DNA of 64,000 nucleotides, taken from assembly GCF_050920415.1 (NCBI RefSeq), contig NZ_CP169309.1; one strand, given 5' to 3'. This DNA comes from Escherichia coli (GTDB lineage Bacteria; Pseudomonadota; Gammaproteobacteria; Enterobacterales; Enterobacteriaceae). The translations under genes were made by a program, and so were the position numbers. Below the pieces are notes generated by a model. That model had not been told where the DNA came from and did not search any database. It worked only from the letters and a program-made list of their open reading frames with translations. How positions within the stretch are numbered: the first letter of the stretch is position 1; each line of letters opens with the position of its first letter. Shown here piece by piece: positions 12,123 through 21,593 of this stretch.

Positions 12123-12791
12123 ATGCAAGAAAGTATACAACTGGTTATTGATTCCTTGCCGTTCCTGCTGAAAGGGGCTGGGTATACGCTGCAACTCAGT
12201 ATCGGCGGCATGTTTTTTGGCTTACTGCTAGGGTTTATTCTCGCGCTGATGCGCCTGTCGCCAATCTGGCCCGTGCGCTGGCTGGCGCGTTTTTATATCT
12301 CTATTTTTCGTGGTACGCCACTCATCGCACAATTGTTTATGATCTATTACGGCTTGCCGCAGTTTGGCATCGAACTAGATCCCATTCCGTCAGCAATGAT
12401 TGGTCTGTCGCTAAACACTGCCGCCTATGCTGCCGAAACGCTGCGCGCCGCCATTTCTTCTATTGATAAAGGTCAGTGGGAAGCTGCTGCCAGTATTGGT
12501 ATGACGCCGTGGCAGACCATGCGTCGCGCGATTTTGCCACAGGCGGCGCGGGTGGCGTTGCCGCCGCTGTCGAACAGCTTTATCAGCCTGGTAAAAGATA
12601 CATCGCTGGCCGCGACAATCCAGGTGCCGGAGCTGTTCCGTCAGGCGCAGTTGATTACCTCGCGTACGCTGGAGGTGTTCACCATGTATCTGGCGGCTTC
12701 GCTCATCTACTGGATCATGGCGACAGTGTTATCGACGTTGCAGAACCATTTTGAGAATCAACTTAATCGCCAGGAGAGAGAACCAAAATGA
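12123..12791 (+). CDS. tcyL: cystine ABC transporter permease
   Basis: 222 aa polar amino-acid ABC permease; K-12 yecS position. Confidence 0.9.
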   Translation: MQESIQLVIDSLPFLLKGAGYTLQLSIGGMFFGLLLGFILALMRLSPIWPVRWLARFYISIFRGTPLIAQLFMIYYGLPQFGIELDPIPSAMIGLSLNTAAYAAETLRAAISSIDKGQWEAAASIGMTPWQTMRRAILPQAARVALPPLSNSFISLVKDTSLAATIQVPELFRQAQLITSRTLEVFTMYLAASLIYWIMATVLSTLQNHFENQLNRQEREPK

Positions 12792-13540
12792 GTGCCATTG
12801 AAGTTAAGAACCTGGTGAAAAAATTCCACGGTCAGACGGTGCTGCACGGTATCGACCTTGAGGTGAAGCCTGGCGAAGTAGTGGCAATTATCGGTCCGAG
12901 TGGTTCCGGCAAAACCACGTTGCTACGCAGCATAAATCTGCTGGAACAACCGGAAGTGGGAACCATCACCGTTGGCGATATCACCATTGATACTGCACGT
13001 TCATTAAGTCAGCAAAAATCGCTGATTCGCCAGTTGCGTCAGCACGTCGGGTTTGTCTTCCAGAACTTTAATTTGTTTCCGCATCGTACGGTGCTGGAAA
13101 ACATTATTGAAGGGCCGGTGATCGTCAAAGGCGAACCGAAAGAAGAGGCCACGGCGCGTGCTCGCGAGCTGTTGGCGAAAGTTGGGCTGGCAGGTAAAGA
13201 AACCAGCTATCCACGTCGTTTGTCTGGCGGTCAACAGCAGCGTGTCGCGATTGCGCGAGCGCTGGCTATGCGTCCTGAGGTGATTTTGTTTGACGAGCCA
13301 ACGTCGGCGCTGGATCCAGAGCTGGTGGGCGAAGTCCTGAACACCATCCGTCAGCTGGCGCAGGAAAAGCGCACGATGGTGATTGTGACGCACGAAATGA
13401 GCTTTGCCCGGGATGTTGCGGACCGGGCGATCTTTATGGACCAGGGGCGGATAGTCGAGCAGGGGGCCGCAAAAGCGTTATTTGCCGATCCTCAGCAGCC
13501 TCGCACTCGCCAGTTTCTCGAGAAGTTTCTGCTGCAATAA
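12788..13540 (+). CDS. tcyN: cystine ABC transporter ATPase
   Basis: 250 aa with Walker A GPSGSGKTT and signature LSGGQQQR; 4-bp overlap with tcyL. Confidence 0.9.
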   Translation: MSAIEVKNLVKKFHGQTVLHGIDLEVKPGEVVAIIGPSGSGKTTLLRSINLLEQPEVGTITVGDITIDTARSLSQQKSLIRQLRQHVGFVFQNFNLFPHRTVLENIIEGPVIVKGEPKEEATARARELLAKVGLAGKETSYPRRLSGGQQQRVAIARALAMRPEVILFDEPTSALDPELVGEVLNTIRQLAQEKRTMVIVTHEMSFARDVADRAIFMDQGRIVEQGAAKALFADPQQPRTRQFLEKFLLQ

Positions 13541-13769
13541 TAAGAAAAAATCAGCCCAGACGGCGCTCTTGTCGGGGCTGAACGCCATTTCAAGTGTGAT
13601 AAAAGTGCTTAATGAATCAGCCTAACTCATTAATAACATAAGAGAATGTGATGTCTTGCAAAAGTACTTTATTACCTGAATAATATAATTTATATATAAA
13701 TCTTATTTATGTGATAGTTTGAATTATCATTATAAATGATACTCACTCTCAGGGGCGTTGCGGTTTACT

Positions 13770-14492
13770 ATGCAGGATACGGATTTTTTCAGCTGGCGTC
13801 GCACGATGCTGTTGCGTTTTCAGAGGATGGAGGCCGCAGAAGAGGTCTACCATGAAATCGAGCTTCAGGCTCAGCAGCTGGAGTACGATTACTATTCGTT
13901 ATGTGTTCGCCACCCGGTACCATTCACGCGACCTAAAGTAGCTTTCTACACCAATTACCCTGAGTCGTGGGTGAGTTATTATCAGGCAAAAAACTTTCTC
14001 GCCATTGATCCTGTGCTGAACCCTGAAAACTTTAGTCAGGGCCATTTAATGTGGAATGATGACTTATTCAGCGAAGCACAGCCGTTATGGGAAGCCGCGC
14101 GCGCACACGGTTTACGCCGTGGTGTCACCCAGTATTTAATGCTGCCAAACCGGGCGCTGGGCTTTTTGTCCTTTTCCCGTTGCAGCGCGCGCGAAATACC
14201 CATTCTTAGTGATGAACTGCAATTAAAAATGCAGTTACTGGTGCGCGAAAGTCTGATGGCTCTGATGCGTTTAAATGATGAAATAGTGATGACGCCAGAG
14301 ATGAATTTCAGCAAGCGCGAAAAAGAAATTCTGAAATGGACGGCGGAAGGGAAGACATCAGCAGAGATAGCGATGATTTTGTCAATCTCTGAGAATACGG
14401 TCAATTTCCATCAGAAAAACATGCAGAAAAAAATCAATGCACCGAATAAGACCCAGGTTGCCTGTTACGCGGCCGCTACTGGCTTAATTTGA
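13770..14492 (+). CDS. sdiA: LuxR-family AHL-responsive regulator SdiA
   Basis: 240 aa from MQDTDFFSWRRTMLLRFQ; C-terminal LuxR HTH. Confidence 0.92.
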   Translation: MQDTDFFSWRRTMLLRFQRMEAAEEVYHEIELQAQQLEYDYYSLCVRHPVPFTRPKVAFYTNYPESWVSYYQAKNFLAIDPVLNPENFSQGHLMWNDDLFSEAQPLWEAARAHGLRRGVTQYLMLPNRALGFLSFSRCSAREIPILSDELQLKMQLLVRESLMALMRLNDEIVMTPEMNFSKREKEILKWTAEGKTSAEIAMILSISENTVNFHQKNMQKKINAPNKTQVACYAAATGLI

Positions 14493-14558
14493 TCGCTTTT
14501 CTTTCTGCGTGCCAGATGCAAAAACCGGCTGAAAGGCACGCTCTCAGCCGGTTTTATA

Positions 14559-14783
14559 TTACTGACGGTAGGCTTGTTTAATTTGCTTAACCGTTTTGGA
14601 AAATACAGCAGCCTGGGTTTCGTCTTCGATCAGCGCAAGCTGTTTTTCCATCTTTAACATCACGCGGCCCGCGTCAGCTTGTCCCATCGCCTGCAGCATC
14701 AGCGTCAGCATCGCTTTCAGGCAGGAGACTTCATTTGCCAGTTCTTGATTATTCTCGGCAGTAGAAAAATCAGGCGTACTCAT
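14559..14783 (-). CDS. yecF: small protein YecF (DUF2594)
   Basis: 74 aa; K-12 position between sdiA and uvrY. Confidence 0.85.
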
Positions 14784-15241
14784 TTATTTTCCTCGTCATG
14801 TTGCAATGAAAATTTGCGGTGAAAAATGTTAAGGCGGCGGAGTATACCATAAGCTTTGCTAAAAATAGCAGTGGTTGTTTTTTGAGCGTGCCGTCAACGG
14901 TGCTATTAAATGCGTTAATATAATGACCAATAAATATTTTTATCATGAATGTTTTTTGCCCGTATTGTTCGGGTTAATTAATGTTACATATTCAGCGGGC
15001 TGATTTTCATTTTTGCTGAATAAAGGTAATTTTTGTCACATTTCGTCGCAGGGCTTACTGTGAAACGATCCGGTAAGCCGTTGGTGACGGGCGTGACCAT
15101 AACTGTGGACAATCGAATTGACAAAAACGAGAGAAAAATCGAATACCCACCATTTTTAACGTTTCAAAGTTGCAATAAAAACCGCTAATATACGAATGAC
15201 TAACTATCAGTAGCGTTATCCCTATTTCTGGAGATATTCCT

Positions 15242-15898
15242 TTGATCAACGTTCTACTTGTTGATGACCACGAACTGGTGCGCGCAGGGATACGACGCAT
15301 TCTGGAAGATATAAAGGGTATAAAAGTCGTTGGTGAGGCATCGTGCGGTGAAGACGCCGTTAAGTGGTGCCGGGCAAATGCCGTTGACGTGGTGCTAATG
15401 GACATGAGTATGCCGGGCATTGGCGGTCTTGAGGCGACGCGTAAAATCGCGCGTTCCACAGCTGATGTAAAAATCATCATGCTTACGGTCCATACAGAAA
15501 ACCCTTTACCAGCGAAAGTCATGCAGGCCGGTGCTGCTGGCTACCTCAGCAAAGGCGCGGCTCCGCAGGAAGTCGTGAGTGCGATTCGTTCTGTTTATTC
15601 TGGACAGCGTTACATTGCTTCTGACATCGCTCAACAAATGGCGTTAAGCCAGATCGAACCAGAAAAAACAGAAAGCCCATTTGCCAGTTTGTCTGAACGT
15701 GAATTGCAGATTATGCTGATGATCACCAAGGGCCAGAAGGTCAATGAGATCTCAGAACAGCTCAATCTCAGTCCGAAAACGGTGAACAGCTACCGCTATC
15801 GTATGTTCAGTAAACTAAACATTCATGGCGATGTTGAGCTGACTCACCTGGCAATTCGCCATGGTCTGTGTAATGCGGAGACATTATCAAGTCAGTGA
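15242..15898 (+). CDS. uvrY: BarA/UvrY two-component response regulator
   Basis: 218 aa with a TTG start ([22 protein letters not shown]..). Confidence 0.93.
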   Translation: MINVLLVDDHELVRAGIRRILEDIKGIKVVGEASCGEDAVKWCRANAVDVVLMDMSMPGIGGLEATRKIARSTADVKIIMLTVHTENPLPAKVMQAGAAGYLSKGAAPQEVVSAIRSVYSGQRYIASDIAQQMALSQIEPEKTESPFASLSERELQIMLMITKGQKVNEISEQLNLSPKTVNSYRYRMFSKLNIHGDVELTHLAIRHGLCNAETLSSQ

Positions 15899-17727
15899 GT
15901 GATCAGTTTGACGCAAAAGCGTTTTTAAAAACCGTAACCAGCCAGCCAGGCGTTTATCGCATGTACGATGCTGGTGGTACGGTTATCTATGTCGGCAAAG
16001 CGAAAGACCTGAAAAAACGGCTTTCCAGCTATTTCCGTAGCAACCTCGCTTCGCGCAAAACCGAAGCGCTGGTCGCCCAGATCCAGCAAATTGATGTAAC
16101 GGTTACTCATACAGAAACCGAAGCGCTGTTGCTGGAACACAACTACATCAAACTCTATCAGCCGCGTTATAACGTTTTGCTACGCGATGATAAATCTTAT
16201 CCTTTTATCTTCCTGAGTGGCGATACCCACCCGCGTCTGGCGATGCATCGTGGTGCGAAGCATGCCAAAGGTGAATATTTCGGCCCGTTCCCGAATGGCT
16301 ATGCCGTACGTGAAACACTGGCGTTACTGCAAAAGATATTCCCCATTCGCCAGTGCGAAAATAGTGTTTATCGCAATCGCTCGCGTCCGTGTCTGCAATA
16401 TCAGATAGGGCGCTGTCTGGGACCGTGCGTTGAAGGACTGGTGAGTGAAGAAGAATACGCTCAGCAGGTCGAGTATGTGCGCCTGTTTTTGTCTGGCAAA
16501 GATGATCAGGTGCTTACGCAACTCATTAGCCGTATGGAAACTGCCAGCCAGAATCTGGAGTTTGAAGAAGCGGCACGTATTCGCGACCAAATTCAGGCGG
16601 TGCGACGCGTCACCGAAAAACAGTTTGTGTCCAATACCGGCGACGACCTTGACGTTATTGGTGTGGCGTTCGATGCGGGCATGGCTTGTGTCCACGTATT
16701 GTTCATTCGTCAGGGTAAAGTGCTCGGCAGCCGCAGCTATTTCCCGAAAGTGCCGGGCGGTACGGAACTGAGCGAGGTGGTGGAAACCTTCGTAGGTCAG
16801 TTCTATTTACAAGGCAGCCAGATGCGCACCTTACCGGGTGAGATCCTGCTCGATTTTAATCTTAGCGATAAAACGCTGCTCGCCGATTCCCTTTCAGAAC
16901 TGGCGGGACGCAAGATTAATGTTCAAACCAAACCTCGCGGCGATCGGGCGCGTTATCTGAAACTCGCGCGCACCAATGCGGCGACGGCCTTAACCAGCAA
17001 ACTTTCGCAGCAATCTACCGTTCACCAGCGACTGACCGCGCTTGCCAGCGTGTTGAAATTGCCGGAAGTGAAGCGGATGGAGTGCTTTGACATCAGCCAT
17101 ACCATGGGTGAACAAACCGTCGCCTCCTGTGTGGTATTTGATGCTAACGGCCCGCTGCGTGCGGAGTATCGGCGCTATAACATTACTGGCATTACGCCGG
17201 GCGATGATTATGCGGCGATGAATCAGGTGCTGCGTCGGCGTTATGGTAAAGCCATCGACGACAGTAAGATCCCGGATGTGATCCTTATCGACGGCGGCAA
17301 AGGCCAGCTTGCACAGGCGAAAAATGTCTTCGCCGAACTGGATGTCTCATGGGATAAAAATCATCCGCTGCTACTTGGCGTTGCCAAAGGAGCAGATAGG
17401 AAGGCTGGGTTGGAAACGCTGTTCTTTGAGCCGGAAGGTGAGGGATTCAGTTTGCCGCCAGATTCTCCCGCGCTGCATGTTATCCAACATATTCGCGACG
17501 AATCACACGATCACGCGATTGGCGGGCACCGCAAAAAACGGGCGAAGGTCAAAAATACCAGTTCCCTGGAAGCCATTGAAGGCGTCGGGCCAAAACGTCG
17601 GCAAATGTTGTTGAAATATATGGGCGGTTTGCAAGGTTTACGTAACGCCAGCGTCGAGGAAATTGCAAAAGTGCCGGGTATTTCGCAAGGTCTGGCAGAA
17701 AAGATCTTCTGGTCGTTGAAACATTGA
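15895..17727 (+). CDS. uvrC: excinuclease ABC subunit C
   Basis: 610 aa with an N-terminal GIY-YIG domain ([18 protein letters not shown]); 4-bp overlap with uvrY. Confidence 0.95.
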   Translation: MSDQFDAKAFLKTVTSQPGVYRMYDAGGTVIYVGKAKDLKKRLSSYFRSNLASRKTEALVAQIQQIDVTVTHTETEALLLEHNYIKLYQPRYNVLLRDDKSYPFIFLSGDTHPRLAMHRGAKHAKGEYFGPFPNGYAVRETLALLQKIFPIRQCENSVYRNRSRPCLQYQIGRCLGPCVEGLVSEEEYAQQVEYVRLFLSGKDDQVLTQLISRMETASQNLEFEEAARIRDQIQAVRRVTEKQFVSNTGDDLDVIGVAFDAGMACVHVLFIRQGKVLGSRSYFPKVPGGTELSEVVETFVGQFYLQGSQMRTLPGEILLDFNLSDKTLLADSLSELAGRKINVQTKPRGDRARYLKLARTNAATALTSKLSQQSTVHQRLTALASVLKLPEVKRMECFDISHTMGEQTVASCVVFDANGPLRAEYRRYNITGITPGDDYAAMNQVLRRRYGKAIDDSKIPDVILIDGGKGQLAQAKNVFAELDVSWDKNHPLLLGVAKGADRKAGLETLFFEPEGEGFSLPPDSPALHVIQHIRDESHDHAIGGHRKKRAKVKNTSSLEAIEGVGPKRRQMLLKYMGGLQGLRNASVEEIAKVPGISQGLAEKIFWSLKH

Positions 17728-17783
17728 TGTCTCTGTAGCAACATAGGGGTAATCTTACTGACAACAGATAGTTACCCGTCATT

Positions 17784-18332
17784 ATGCAATTTAATATCCC
17801 TACGTTGCTTACACTGTTCCGTGTCATCCTTATCCCATTCTTTGTATTGGTCTTTTATCTGCCTGTCACCTGGTCGCCGTTTGCCGCCGCGCTCATTTTC
17901 TGCGTCGCGGCGGTGACTGACTGGTTCGATGGTTTTCTGGCACGCCGCTGGAACCAGAGTACCCGGTTTGGTGCTTTCCTTGACCCTGTAGCAGATAAAG
18001 TTCTCGTGGCTATCGCCATGGTGCTGGTAACCGAGCATTATCACAGCTGGTGGGTGACATTACCGGCGGCAACGATGATCGCCCGTGAAATTATTATTTC
18101 TGCGCTACGCGAATGGATGGCAGAGTTGGGTAAACGCAGTAGCGTGGCTGTCTCCTGGATTGGGAAAGTGAAAACCACTGCCCAGATGGTAGCGCTGGCC
18201 TGGCTGCTGTGGCGTCCGAACATTTGGGTTGAGTACGCCGGTATTGCACTTTTCTTTGTGGCTGCGGTACTGACTCTGTGGTCAATGTTGCAATATTTGA
18301 GCGCTGCGCGTGCAGATTTGCTTGATCAGTGA
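17784..18332 (+). CDS. pgsA: phosphatidylglycerophosphate synthase
   Basis: 182 aa with the CDP-alcohol phosphotransferase motif [10 protein letters not shown]. Confidence 0.95.
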
Positions 18333-18483
18333 TCGTTTCGGCGCAATTTTCAGCAAACGATCAAAAGTGGTGAAAAATATCGTTGACTCATCGCGCCAGG
18401 TAAGTAGAATGCAACGCATCGAACGGCGGCACTGATTGCCAGACGATAATAAAATCAAGTGATTAACTGATTGCTTGATGAAT

Positions 18484-18559
<76 letters not shown>

Positions 18560-18612
18560 GTTTAAAAGACATCGGCTTCAGCGGATGTCCGGCTGAAAGG
18601 CCTGAAGAATTT

Positions 18613-18686
18613 GGCGCGTTAACAAAGCGGTTATGTAGCGGATTGCAAATCCGTCTAGTCCGGTTCGACTCCGGAACGCGCCTCCA
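18613..18686 (+). tRNA. cysT: tRNA-Cys(GCA)
   Basis: 74 nt, GGCGCGTTAACAAAGCGG..GCGCCTCCA; anticodon loop ATTGCAAAT. Confidence 0.95.
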
Positions 18687-18698
18687 CTTTCTTCCCGA

Positions 18699-18785
18699 GC
18701 CCGGATGGTGGAATCGGTAGACACAAGGGATTTAAAATCCCTCGGCGTTCGCGCTGTGCGGGTTCAAGTCCCGCTCCGGGTACCA
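18699..18785 (+). tRNA. leuZ: tRNA-Leu(UAA), intact copy at the prophage left junction
   Basis: 87 nt, GCCCGGATGGTGGAATCGGTAGACACAAGGGATTTAAAATCCC..GGGTACCA, with a long variable arm. Confidence 0.95.
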
Positions 18786-18855
18786 TGGGAAAGATAAGAA
18801 TAAAATCAAAGCAATAAGCAGTGTCGTGAAACCACCTTCGGGTGGTTTTTTTGTA
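18731..18855 (+). repeat. attL: left copy of the 125-bp direct repeat (3' 55 nt of leuZ plus 70 bp downstream including the terminator)
   Basis: Base-for-base identical to 53671-53795 on manual comparison. Identity starts at TTTAAAATCC in the anticodon loop and ends at ..TTTTTTTGTA. Confidence 0.95.
18829..18853 (+). terminator. rho-independent terminator of the glyW-cysT-leuZ operon (inside the att repeat)
   Basis: ACCACC-TTCG-GGTGGT hairpin plus T7. Confidence 0.85.
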
Positions 18856-18868
18856 TTTGTATTTTGTT

Positions 18869-18900
18869 AAATGGCGGTAAAGTGGCGATGGTGTGGCGAT
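18869..18900 (+). promoter_or_regulatory. candidate integrase arm-type binding sites (P' arm)
   Basis: AAATGGCG (18869-76), AGTGGCGAT (18881-89) and GTGGCGAT (18893-900). The same words recur next to int at 53567-53602. Confidence 0.45.
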
Positions 18901-18989
18901 ATGCAGAAATAATGATAGTACACGTCTGTTTAAACTCTAAGGGTGAAGCAAAACTCTCCTGCAACTCATCTGCATTTCGCATATTGAAC

Positions 18990-19103
18990 TAGGGCCTTGG
19001 TTAAACCAAAGTTTTTTCTGGGATCTTCCCACTCAACTTCATTTTTCCTCCTACCATCCACCAAAAGGTGTCTGCGCTACTCTATCTTTTTTAATCTGAC
19101 AAC
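18990..19103 (-). repeat. degenerate second copy of the hok-type leader (no intact toxin ORF downstream)
   Basis: Aligns by eye at roughly 60-65% identity with 19994-20120 (TAGGGCCTYGGTTAAAC .. CCATC .. AAAGG .. CTATC..TTTTTT). The minus-strand mini-ORF beginning MVGG is conserved in both copies. Confidence 0.5.
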
Positions 19104-19325
19104 ATCCTGAGAAAAAGACAAATTCGTTAGATTTACTGTCTTTCTGCTGCCTCGAATGCTGATGTCTGCAGCACTGATAATAACTCTATCTCTTTGATAT
19201 AGATCTTTTTTTTGATGAATTGCACGGCATATTATCGTGATGGCACCTTCTTGTTAAAGGTGTTGTACTCCTCATCTCGATTTTATGATGTGGGCTATGA
19301 TTGGTTAGTAATAGAGTGTATCGGT

Positions 19326-19607
19326 ATGCGATGTGGTTTATTAATGGCAATCTGCCTTTGTTTGGTATCTTTTAGTGGGTATGCAGCAACAGGAAAGTCA
19401 GATGCTCAGATCAAGAAAGAAATAATTAAAGAGTCCATTGAATCTTATCCAGGCAATTGTGCGTGTCCGTATAATCATGCAAGGAATGGTAGTAGATGTG
19501 GTGGACGCAGTGCATATAGCCGTACTGGAGGGTATGACGTGGTATGTTATGAAAGTGATGTTACCGATGAAATGATCCGGCAATGGAAGCAGGAGAATGC
19601 TGAGTAA
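19326..19607 (+). CDS. small secreted Cys-rich protein (moron; unknown function)
   Basis: 93 aa from MRCGLLMAICLCLVSFSGYA (signal peptide). Mature part has CACPYNHARNGSRCGGRSAYSRTGGYDVVCYE. Low GC relative to the phage. Followed by terminator 19681-19712. Confidence 0.65.
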   Translation: MRCGLLMAICLCLVSFSGYAATGKSDAQIKKEIIKESIESYPGNCACPYNHARNGSRCGGRSAYSRTGGYDVVCYESDVTDEMIRQWKQENAE

Positions 19608-19680
19608 TCTCTTTTAACTGATTTGTTGTGCGAGCATAATGTGCAGTTAACGGCTCACTAGCTAGTGAGAGTTCCAAAAA

Positions 19681-19712
19681 GAAACCCCGCAGTTTTTACG
19701 CTGCGGGGTTGT
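19681..19712. terminator. bidirectional rho-independent terminator shared by the Cys-rich gene (+) and the hok-like gene (-)
   Basis: AACCCCGCAG-N8-CTGCGGGGTT hairpin, with a T-run on the minus strand (TCTTTTTGG) and a T-rich tail on the plus strand. Confidence 0.8.
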
Positions 19713-19938
19713 TATTCATGCCTATGAGATAGGGTGCCTTATCGGCCTTACCCTGGCAACCGATTGACGGGGAGTTGCCTCCCCGTCGCGGTTTCCTTAC
19801 TGCTTACACTGTAAGAACGCCGCAAACTCCGCTCCCCAGAAGCTCATCCGTATTTCACACAGCGAACCGTGCAGCATCCAGATGATGAGGATTACCGTCA
19901 CGCAGAACGTGATGGCCGTAAGCGATTTTTGCGACATA
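19696..19938 (-). CDS. Hok/Gef-family membrane toxin homolog with an unusual C-terminal extension (80 codons); not present in the supplied ORF track
   Basis: Hand translation gives MSQKSLTAITFCVTVILIIWMLHGSLCEIRMSFWGAEFAAFLQCKQ, then VRKPRRGGNSPSIGCQGKADKAPYLIGMNNNPAA*. The first 46 aa align with HokA (..WMIRDSLCELHIKQESYELAAFLACKLKE). An AAGGAG SD lies 6 nt upstream and an in-frame TAG 30 nt upstream. I checked that the frame contains no stops. Confidence 0.75.
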
Positions 19939-20126
19939 GCGCTTGCTCCTTTGTTGGAGAGGCGCTAACCTATCACTTGCTAGGTTGACGGGTTAGGGCC
20001 TCGGTTAAACAGAAATGTTTTCCGGGGCCTTTCCACATCCGGCCTTCGGGTATTCCCTCCGACCATCAGCCGAAAGGCACCCGCACGTAATCTATCGCTT
20101 TTTTGTTACTCCGGCAATTCTGCCTG
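19939..20126 (-). promoter_or_regulatory. hok-type mRNA leader (candidate promoter, mok-like mini-ORF, antisense-RNA target region)
   Basis: Minus strand has TTGCCG-N17-TAGATT as a candidate promoter, the mini-ORF MVGGNTRRPDVERPRKTFLFNRGPNPST, and a GGCC(T)CGG..CCG(G)GGCC hairpin followed by TTT on the plus strand (possible Sok-like terminator). Confidence 0.45.
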
Positions 20127-20387
20127 TTAATTCTGAGGTAAAGGCAAACTCATCTGATTGTTTCCCCTGTGTGAAGCTGGCAGCTCATGCCACGGGATAC
20201 CTTCTGAAGAGTGAACGCCGGAGGCGTGTTTTGATGTGAATTTATGGAAAGCTTCCAGTGTTGAGAAGCATACGCCGCATTCCAGATTGTTACACTGGTA
20301 ATACTTTTGCCGCACGGTGTTTGAATCATTTTCCGGACGACTGGTGCGGATACGGGCAGATGCGCCACAAAGCGGACAACGGAACAT
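20127..20387 (-). CDS. ogr: Ogr/Delta-type zinc-finger late transcription activator
   Basis: 86 aa, MFRCPLCGASARIRTSR..YYQCNNLECGVCF, with the same CxxC..CxxxxC layout as P2 Ogr (MFHCPLCQHAAHARTSRY..). Confidence 0.88.
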   Translation of the reverse strand: MFRCPLCGASARIRTSRPENDSNTVRQKYYQCNNLECGVCFSTLEAFHKFTSKHASGVHSSEGIPWHELPASHRGNNQMSLPLPQN

Positions 20388-20429
20388 AGCGACCTCCCTT
20401 AACGTGGTGCTGCCGCTATTCTAAGTTGC

Positions 20430-21539
20430 TCACTCTGTTTCCGCTATCCATTCCGGGATTTTTGCTTCAAGCTCAAGCTGCGTGGTAAAGCCGCTGTTAT
20501 CAATGGTGTGCTCGGCTTTTGCAATAATCCAGTCCTGATTGTCGATGTCACTTTTGAAGCCTGTCACCGTGCCATGCATTTCGGGATAGAGTTCTGCACG
20601 TCCACGCGCCAGCGTGATGGAGAATGATGCGGCTCCGCGTTGTAGTTGCTGCCACTTTGCCGCCGCTGCGCGTCTTGCTGCCTGCTCGTTCTGATAAGTC
20701 TTGCGTAACACAAACACATTGCCTTCCGCGCCTTCCATATAATCACCTTCACGGCTGCTGCTTTTCTCCTTTTTGGGTTTTGGCGGTTTACGGCGTTTTA
20801 CGCTGACTTTTTTCTTTTTCCCGTAATTAAGATCAAGCCAGTAGGCGCGTACCCCCGTATACGCCTCGCGGTCAGCAATACGGAACTGATGGCGATCGCC
20901 GCTGCTGCGTGTAATGGCGAACGAGGGCAACGGCTGGCCCTGTGCGTTCACGCCACCACCTGGCATGATGAATAACAGATTGCCGCTTTTTACCGTGGTG
21001 ATTGCGCCCAGCATTTCCGCCATGCGCGTAAGGAAGGACATGTCGCTTTCTTCGGTCTGGTCGGCGTGGTCGATTTCAATATCCATCAGCATTTCGCTGA
21101 TTTGCGGTTTCAGGCCGTATCGGTGAGCAATTGCAGACACCACGCGTTCAACGGTCACATCATGCCAGGATACTTCGCGCTTGACGTTAAATTCATCCCG
21201 AAAATCTGCGCTTCTGGCTGAAATGGTCAGTCTGTCGGGCGGTCCTTCATGAGCAATTTCATCAACAATGTAAGTGCCTTTTTCTGTCAGCGGTTCTCCT
21301 TTCCAGCCAATGAGAACCGTCAGGCGCGCGCCCCGTGGCGGTAGCTGCAACTGACCATCTGCATCATCCAGCGTGATGGTGAGCTGGTCCGCCTCAAATC
21401 CCCGGTTGTCGGTCAGTGACAGGCTCATCAGGCGCTCTGCCACGCCTGACAGCGTTTTACCCTCCGCGAGAATATCAAAATCCGGCATTTTCACGGGGTC
21501 TGTGCCCTGACTGAGCAATTGCATGGTGGTGTCGGTCAT
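20430..21539 (-). CDS. P2 gpD-like tail protein
   Basis: 369 aa from MTDTTMQLLSQG (GGGAGG SD). Contains SLSLTDNRGFEADQLTITLDDADGQ, as in P2 gpD. The listed ORF has a spurious 44-codon N-terminal extension. Confidence 0.88.
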   Translation of the reverse strand: MTDTTMQLLSQGTDPVKMPDFDILAEGKTLSGVAERLMSLSLTDNRGFEADQLTITLDDADGQLQLPPRGARLTVLIGWKGEPLTEKGTYIVDEIAHEGPPDRLTISARSADFRDEFNVKREVSWHDVTVERVVSAIAHRYGLKPQISEMLMDIEIDHADQTEESDMSFLTRMAEMLGAITTVKSGNLLFIMPGGGVNAQGQPLPSFAITRSSGDRHQFRIADREAYTGVRAYWLDLNYGKKKKVSVKRRKPPKPKKEKSSSREGDYMEGAEGNVFVLRKTYQNEQAARRAAAAKWQQLQRGAASFSITLARGRAELYPEMHGTVTGFKSDIDNQDWIIAKAEHTIDNSGFTTQLELEAKIPEWIAETE

Positions 21540-21593
21540 CTGTTCCCTCCCTGTGCGGCATGGTCGCATGTGCGTGCGGAGGGGGTTACTGCT

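Noticed and set aside
13541-13769. AT-rich region upstream of sdiA containing TATA-like repeats
   Set aside because: It matches the ordinary K-12 tcyN-sdiA intergenic region, which is promoter-rich curved DNA. There is no evidence of a mobile or novel element.
18810-18983. 58-codon minus-strand ORF (MRNADELQESF..) downstream of the degenerate leader, considered as the missing toxin
   Set aside because: It is not hydrophobic, shows no Hok-like motif, and runs through the att repeat and the host terminator.
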